DNA from: Tubiluchus corallicola
Lineage: Eukaryota; Animalia; Priapulida
Length of the DNA: 64,000 bases
Reading direction: 5' to 3'
Assembly (NCBI GenBank): GCA_030141605.1
Contig: JAQGDQ010000055.1
Location: forward strand, 434,001-498,000
Positions 57,881 through 64,000 of the stretch are shown piece after piece; the first letter of the stretch is position 1, and every line of letters begins with the position of its first letter. Both the position numbers and the translations under genes were made by a program. The notes under the pieces are model-generated. The model was not told where the DNA came from, did no database searches, and was given only the letters and a program-made list of their open reading frames with translations.

Positions 57881-58744
57881 TTAACCTTGCATTCCGTTAG
57901 CTAATTTTTTTTATTTTTCAGTAATATTTTTTGTCATAAGCAAGTGCATCAACTAAGAAAACTAAATTCTGTTGGTACATTGAAGCCAAACATTTGCACA
58001 TCACATTACAATGCTACCATATTTGGCGATGCATCATTAAGCTGTCACCTAGCAGCACACAGGAGGAAAGCGATAACAGCTGTTACATCAACTGCAATAA
58101 ACATTACCAGCCTGCAAAGTGGTAATCGACGACCACTTTGTAAAATGAAATTCACTGATGACTGCTTTCACAACTCAGACCTAGACCGGAAAATAGGCGG
58201 CGAACACGGAAGTGAACGAAACCATGACAACCAGAAATACTGGTGTAGCAGTCAGATTCTGGTATAGTAGTTCTCAGAAAAAATTTGGTTTCACTGATGA
58301 GCAATGCAGCTTGTTTTGATTGGTTGTTTCGCTGCGTAATAAACTGATTAACCCAGAAGGTTGAGTGAAATTGCAATGGATCTACCCAACAGCCTATTGC
58401 AGCAATATTATTGACTCGTATCTCCCCACGCGGCCCAAACACATCCTACATTATTAACTCACCTTTTATCTATGTTGATGTTCTTACTGTACTGAGAGGA
58501 AATGCCCGCTCACTCATGGGAAGCGATATCACTCCGCAAAGATCACGAAATGTTTGTATAAATACTATTTACCCTCCGTGATGCGATTAATTATTGGGGG
58601 AGTAGTCATCAGTTACGGTTAGCACGATGATGTAGCCATTGTGAATCTAGAACTTCGACAATGTATTTGTTAACGTGAGCGTTTTCTTAAATTAAATTAG
58701 AACACCTAAGCCATACGGTCAACTATAATGACCACAGTTTTCCT

Positions 58745-59177
58745 AGAAGGGGAAGAAAAGGGAATTTTAAATCATGTCCCAAAAAAACTTTCCACGCAAA
58801 GTTATATTACTTAGTAATGCATGAAAATGTTTTAAATATTTATGCGACTAGGAAAGAAAACTCGTTGTAATTTAAAATGGTAAAACGTCACTAACTCACC
58901 TTCCAAGTGTGCACCAGTGATTCACCAAAAAGATATTATTAATCTTACGGACAGAATAAAGTAATTTATACCTTTGACTAGTTAGTGAAAGTATGCACTT
59001 GGTGTTATTAAACTTTCAAATTCAGTGCAATGTTGTTATCCAAACTTTTTTCAAATAACCCGACCTACGGTGTATATATATATATATATATATATATTTA
59101 AATTTATGATTGTGGAAGTTTAAATTTATGAAAGAGTATATACGGAGTATTAAGTAAACGGGTTTCTTGTCCATTAA
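58745..59177 (+). mobile_element. Family B element, short degenerate form
   Basis: Homology to 42100-42601. Confidence 0.65.
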
Positions 59178-60484
59178 TGTAAGTAAAAAAATTGAGAACA
59201 CTTGTCAATTTGAGAAAAACTAAGGTGAGTACATGTCATGCCAAACACTGCAGTTAAGATTTTTAATGAACAGCAAAGAAACGACATTCTGAGACACTCA
59301 ACAAGCATGTTGTCAGAAACCTGTCACATCCAGGCAACCGTTAAGTAGAAATGGATTAAGGCAGCTCGTGGATGTATATATACATGCAGTCATTTTGCAA
59401 GTCCTTGAAAAACACCAGATTACCAACTGTACACAAGGCGATGGTTACGAAATTTTTTTCACTGTTAAACAAGTTTTAAGAAATTGCAATTTTATCAATT
59501 TGTTGCGTATTTTAAAGGAAACGCCATGTGAATTACGCCGTTTCTTTCTTATGTAAATCCTCGCAAACTGAACAGGCCGAAACTACAAACATTCACAGAG
59601 ACACACAAACACAACTCATCCGTCAATCTCCGTTTTCAATTAAACTGTCATCGCTCTTGAATCTTCGACTCCACAGCGAACAAAAAAACTTGAGAATGAT
59701 TTATTATCGATTTTATTATGTTGAAACACTTCCGCAATCATAATATCTTCTTCAGATCACACTGTGAGTTATGAGCTGGGAAATTTCTAATGATTTAATC
59801 TATTGCATGCGCAATAATGGGATTTATAAACAGAACTTAATATTTATACACACACACATATATTTAATATCGTATATGTATGTTGGTTAATGGCAAACTT
59901 TATTTGTGTAAAGGTATGAGTTTTTTAACTACTAGTCGACATTGTTTTTTTATTCATTTATTTACGCAGCTAACCGAATGAATGTATTGTATTTACAATA
60001 ATTCGAAATAAATCGATATATATCGATTTTTACATATATTAGGGAGCTTGTTTTCGAGTTATCACCAATGCTATGTTTTTTCGTTTACAATTCACAAGGC
60101 TCTTGTTAAAGTTGGAACTTTTGGACAAGATTTTTTGTACAGCTCAGTGCTCAGCAAGCCGGACAGAAGACGTCCAAAGAAAGTCATGGAGATAGGCTTT
60201 TCGTGGCGGTTTCGAAATTGAACTAATAGCAAGATATGGGGTTGTTCAACTCCATAATTAAGTAATGCAAACACGCATGTATTTTCTTACGTAGGGAATG
60301 TAAATATGTGCTGCTTTCTTCGTCATCAAAAAGTGAGACTGCAAAATATCTAAATTAAGTATTTTTGGTAGTAAAGTAAAAAAGTACAATATATGCTACA
60401 ATAAGATATGTTATGTGTGGCATCACCGGCATGTGAAGTCCGACTGTAACGTTTTATCTGATAAGCAAAAAATTGCTTGATGCC

Positions 60485-61996
60485 TTAAGGCACAAGAAAA
60501 CCCTCCACTTTCAAAAAGCTTAAAAATTCGTCTTGAAATTTTTTACCACTTAAATACTGCCTTTTTGCATACAGAACTTGCGTCGACAGTAACGCTGTAA
60601 CGTTGTATAAAACACGTAATTTAAATTCCCGCGATGACTGTTAGACGCAGCCATTTTGACAATAAGTCATAAGAAACAAGCTTAGATAACACTGAGTAAA
60701 GTTTGAAAAATAATCAGAGCATTCATAGCGCCCATGTTACTAACTAACTAAAGATTTTAAATTACTGTATCATGTCAATAAGACTAAAAATACGTTTTTG
60801 GTTAGTGAGTGGCGCACCCTGGAGGGTGACTCAGCGACATTTTACCAATTGGCACAAACATTTTAAATTATTATTTCTAGTTACATAAGTCTTTCCAGCA
60901 GCTAAGCAAATTGCTAAGTAATATGGATTTGCAAGGAAAGTTTTTTTGGACATTTAACATTACCTTTTCTTCCCCTGATTTACGTTTGCGTGGATGGCAT
61001 CATGTAATGGCGCGGTCGGAACAGTATTGAGGGAGATTTAAAACGAAAACAAACAAGAATTCCTTTCAACGCGAGCACGATATACGCATACGCGTACGAG
61101 TAACATTGAGTGAAGTTTGAAAAAATAATCACAGCATTCCTAGCGCCCATGTTACTAACTAACTAAAGATTTTAAATTACTGTATCATGTCAATAAGACT
61201 AAAAATACGTTTTTGGTTAGTGAGTGGCGCACCCTGGAGGGTGACTCAGCGACATTTTACCAATTGGCACAAACATTTTAAATTATTATTTCTAGTTACA
61301 TAAGTCTTTCCAGCAGCTAAGCAAATTGCTAAGTAATATGGATTTGCAAGGAAAGTTTTTTTTGGACATTTAACATTACCTTTTCTTCCCCTGATTTACG
61401 TTTGCGTGGATGGCATCATGTAATGGCGCGGTCGGAACAGTATTGAGGGAGATTTAAAACGAAAACAAACAAGAATTCCTTTCAACGCGAGCACGATATA
61501 CGCATACGCGTACGAGTAACATTGAGTGAAGTTTGAAAAAATAATCACAGCATTCCTAGCGCCCATGTTACTAACTAACTAAAGATTTTAAATTACTGTA
61601 TCATGTCAATAAGACTAAAAATACGTTTTTGGTTAGTGAGTGGCGCACCCTGGAGGGTGACTCAGCGACATCAATTGGCACGAACATTTTAAATTATTAT
61701 TTCTAGTTACGTAAGTCTTTCAAGCAGGTAAGGGAAATGCTAAGTAACAAAACTTTGCATAGAAAGTTTTTTTTAATGTAGTTTAACATTTCCGTTTCTG
61801 CCCCTGATTTACGTTGTCGCATTCTGACGTCGTGTAATGGCGCGGTCGGGACAGTATTGCGGGAGATTTAAAATGAAGACAAACAAAAAATCCTTTCAAC
61901 GCGAGTACGATATACCCATAAAATTGTATAAAGTAATATAATTTTTAAGGCCATTTTTCTGAAACCTACTTCAGGAACCCTTTTCTTGTCCTTTAA
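60485..61996 (-). mobile_element. Family B element with an internal ~415-bp tandem triplication
   Basis: TTAA|GGCACAAGAAAA ... TTTTCTTGTCCT|TTAA; near-identical units start at 60687, 61101, 61517. Confidence 0.85.
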
Positions 61997-62927
61997 GCTT
62001 TCCTTGCGTTTGCTATATAAACTTGGCATTGTATATAAACTTTAAATATTTTAAGTGGATTAACATACATTACTGATCGGAGTATTTCCACTATATGCAA
62101 CAAATACATTTTAGGTGAGACAGATATATGCAACTGATTAGTTCAAGAGTATAATTACGTAGATAGTTAGTTCAAAAATACGAGATAAAACATTAGTTAA
62201 TACATGTACTTAACATTGAAATTTACACATCAACTCGCAGCAAATGTCGGAGAGTTTACAGTAAAAGTAGTTCACACTTGTGAATTTGCTATCAGAGAGA
62301 AAACTCGCGACAGAAAACTCGCAAGTCTGAACGCGCCGTCCGTAAGAGTATGTAAGAGCTCTAATAGTCAAGTCTCTACGTATGTAAGAGCATTAGCTAC
62401 AGGTGCGTATCATAATCATTGGTGAAATTAGCTCTCTTATGTGTAGCTAAGCTTCTCGATTTCCGATAATTAGCCGCTCGGATTGGCAGATTTAAGACTA
62501 AGTGCAAATGCAAAGCACAAATCTGCTGAAGTAATCATTATAATCTTGTCCTATAGCAACTGTGGATTCTTATTCGTTTGCAGTTAAGAGTGGTGTCAAG
62601 GACTCGGACAGAGAGGACAATCGCTAAGAGGGCCATCTTTTCATTACGCAGTGCACTAATTGCTCGCGTGAGGAACACACAGTCGCTATGTCAACGGAAG
62701 AGGAGTGCAGCAGCGTCCTGCCAGCATGCCAATGAGATGCTGTGTTGCTTGACATTATCGCTGTCATCTGCCACGTTTCTGCATCACTATCAGCGCGCCT
62801 TATATTGCCTTTTTGACCGTAAATGCCACAAAGAATAAAGTTGATTGATGAGTTTGTACAAAAGCTCGCAAAGCTCTAAGGAAAGGCTAAGTAATGGCAG
62901 CCAATTGAAAACAAACGGGACATTCTC

Positions 62928-63416
62928 ATGTCCGTGTTGGTATATGTACTCTTCATAATCTTGGGCTTCATATTAGGATACAACAGGAGAGAAACTTTAC
63001 GCAGGGCTGTTATCTCACAACAGCAGGCTTCACAACAAGATCCACTATTTGTAAGCCACCCCATGCAAACAGCCAAAAAACTGCTGACATTAAAACTGCC
63101 AGTCGTGAGTCGTCACTGTCATTCAAGCTCGAAAATTGTCGAAAATCGTATATACTGTGGGGATGCGTCAAAAAGAGATCAGATCCATCGGTCCTGTGTG
63201 AAAATGAATAAAACCAAATTTCTGTGATGATTTTCATCAGGAGTAAAGGAACCTCTTCATTTTCTATTAGACATGTCGAGACTGAGCAACCATAAAAGTT
63301 TTCATATGTCACTACCATTCTGAACTAACGTCTACAACTGCAAGTCTCAGTACCTTTGCAAGTTGCATTTGTTTAAATCAGCAAATGCCATACTATTTGG
63401 TTTCGGCGTAGTGTAG
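62928..63416 (+). pseudogene. Possible decayed type II membrane glycosyltransferase (GT10 alpha-1,3-fucosyltransferase-like) N-terminal part
   Basis: Signal anchor VLVYVLFIILGFILGY; the same frame continues KFL**FSSG...PF*TNVYNCKSQYLCKLHLFKSANAILF, loosely matching the GT10 ILWW and C..C...ADAVLF motifs. Confidence 0.35.
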
Positions 63417-64000
63417 TATTGCTGGTCAATATACAGTAGTTATAAGGGGTAAACTGACTCTAAACAAGTCCAAATTCCAAAATCATTTTTGCTAACAACA
63501 TCAAAATCTTGCCATATTACATGTTCGCAAACAAGCATAATGAAATTGCTAAAGGCAAGCTCTGGAACAACCATTCTTAGCTCATTAAAGGGGTCAGAAA
63601 AGACCGACAATTGCAATTGTTGAAAAACCCAACAATTGCAATGTTTTCAGATTATGGGCCTTATGGTCCTTATGATTACGGGCCTGATAATAGAATATGA
63701 TCTATTGTCATTGTTTTGACGTGAATTTGACCTCAGCCAAATGCACATTACCAATGCAAAGCGGGTATACGATTTTTTGTGTGCTCTTACAAGAAGTTTG
63801 TCAATCTTTCGCCATTCCGAATTGCCCCACAAAGTTTAGTCATTTTGAAGAAAGCCCGCACCTAGTTCAACTGCACAATTAAACTTTGTGAGTTTAGTTT
63901 TTAGCCATTGAGCTGCAAACGTGGATAAACGTGCACCTATACCACAGATGAGACTAATTAGTGATAATCCCATAGTTCCTCTTTCCAGGAAAAATGGATG

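Overview
AT-rich, repeat-dense genomic DNA from an animal (most consistent with an invertebrate; the species cannot be determined from sequence alone). Three spliced genes were reconstructed by hand with GT-AG introns and consistent phases. (1) SS18/SS18L1-family BAF subunit, minus strand, 6 coding exons (14758->2186, ~812 aa) with an expanded 15-aa tandem repeat. (2) SLC6 Na-dependent glycine-transporter-like gene, plus strand, 15 coding exons (17424->40172, ~645 aa), which has Asp in place of the conserved TM6 Na1/Cl- serine. (3) The last four coding exons of a STARD10/PCTP-like START gene, minus strand (54807->45107); its first coding exon was not found. Nested in SS18 intron 5, on the same strand, is a ~570-codon disrupted gene (one frameshift, two nonsense codons) for a probably secreted protein built of CX3CX3C-X8-CX3CX3C modules and a Thr-rich linker. 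One SLC6 intron holds an inverted repeat whose arms each carry a Penelope-type minimal hammerhead ribozyme motif, plus a tRNA-like cloverleaf, a fold-back and a tRNA-SINE. Other repeats: two TTAA-flanked (Kolobok-like) non-autonomous families, hAT-type MITEs with 8-bp TSDs, RTE LINE fragments, mini- and microsatellites, and a possible decayed fucosyltransferase near the right end.
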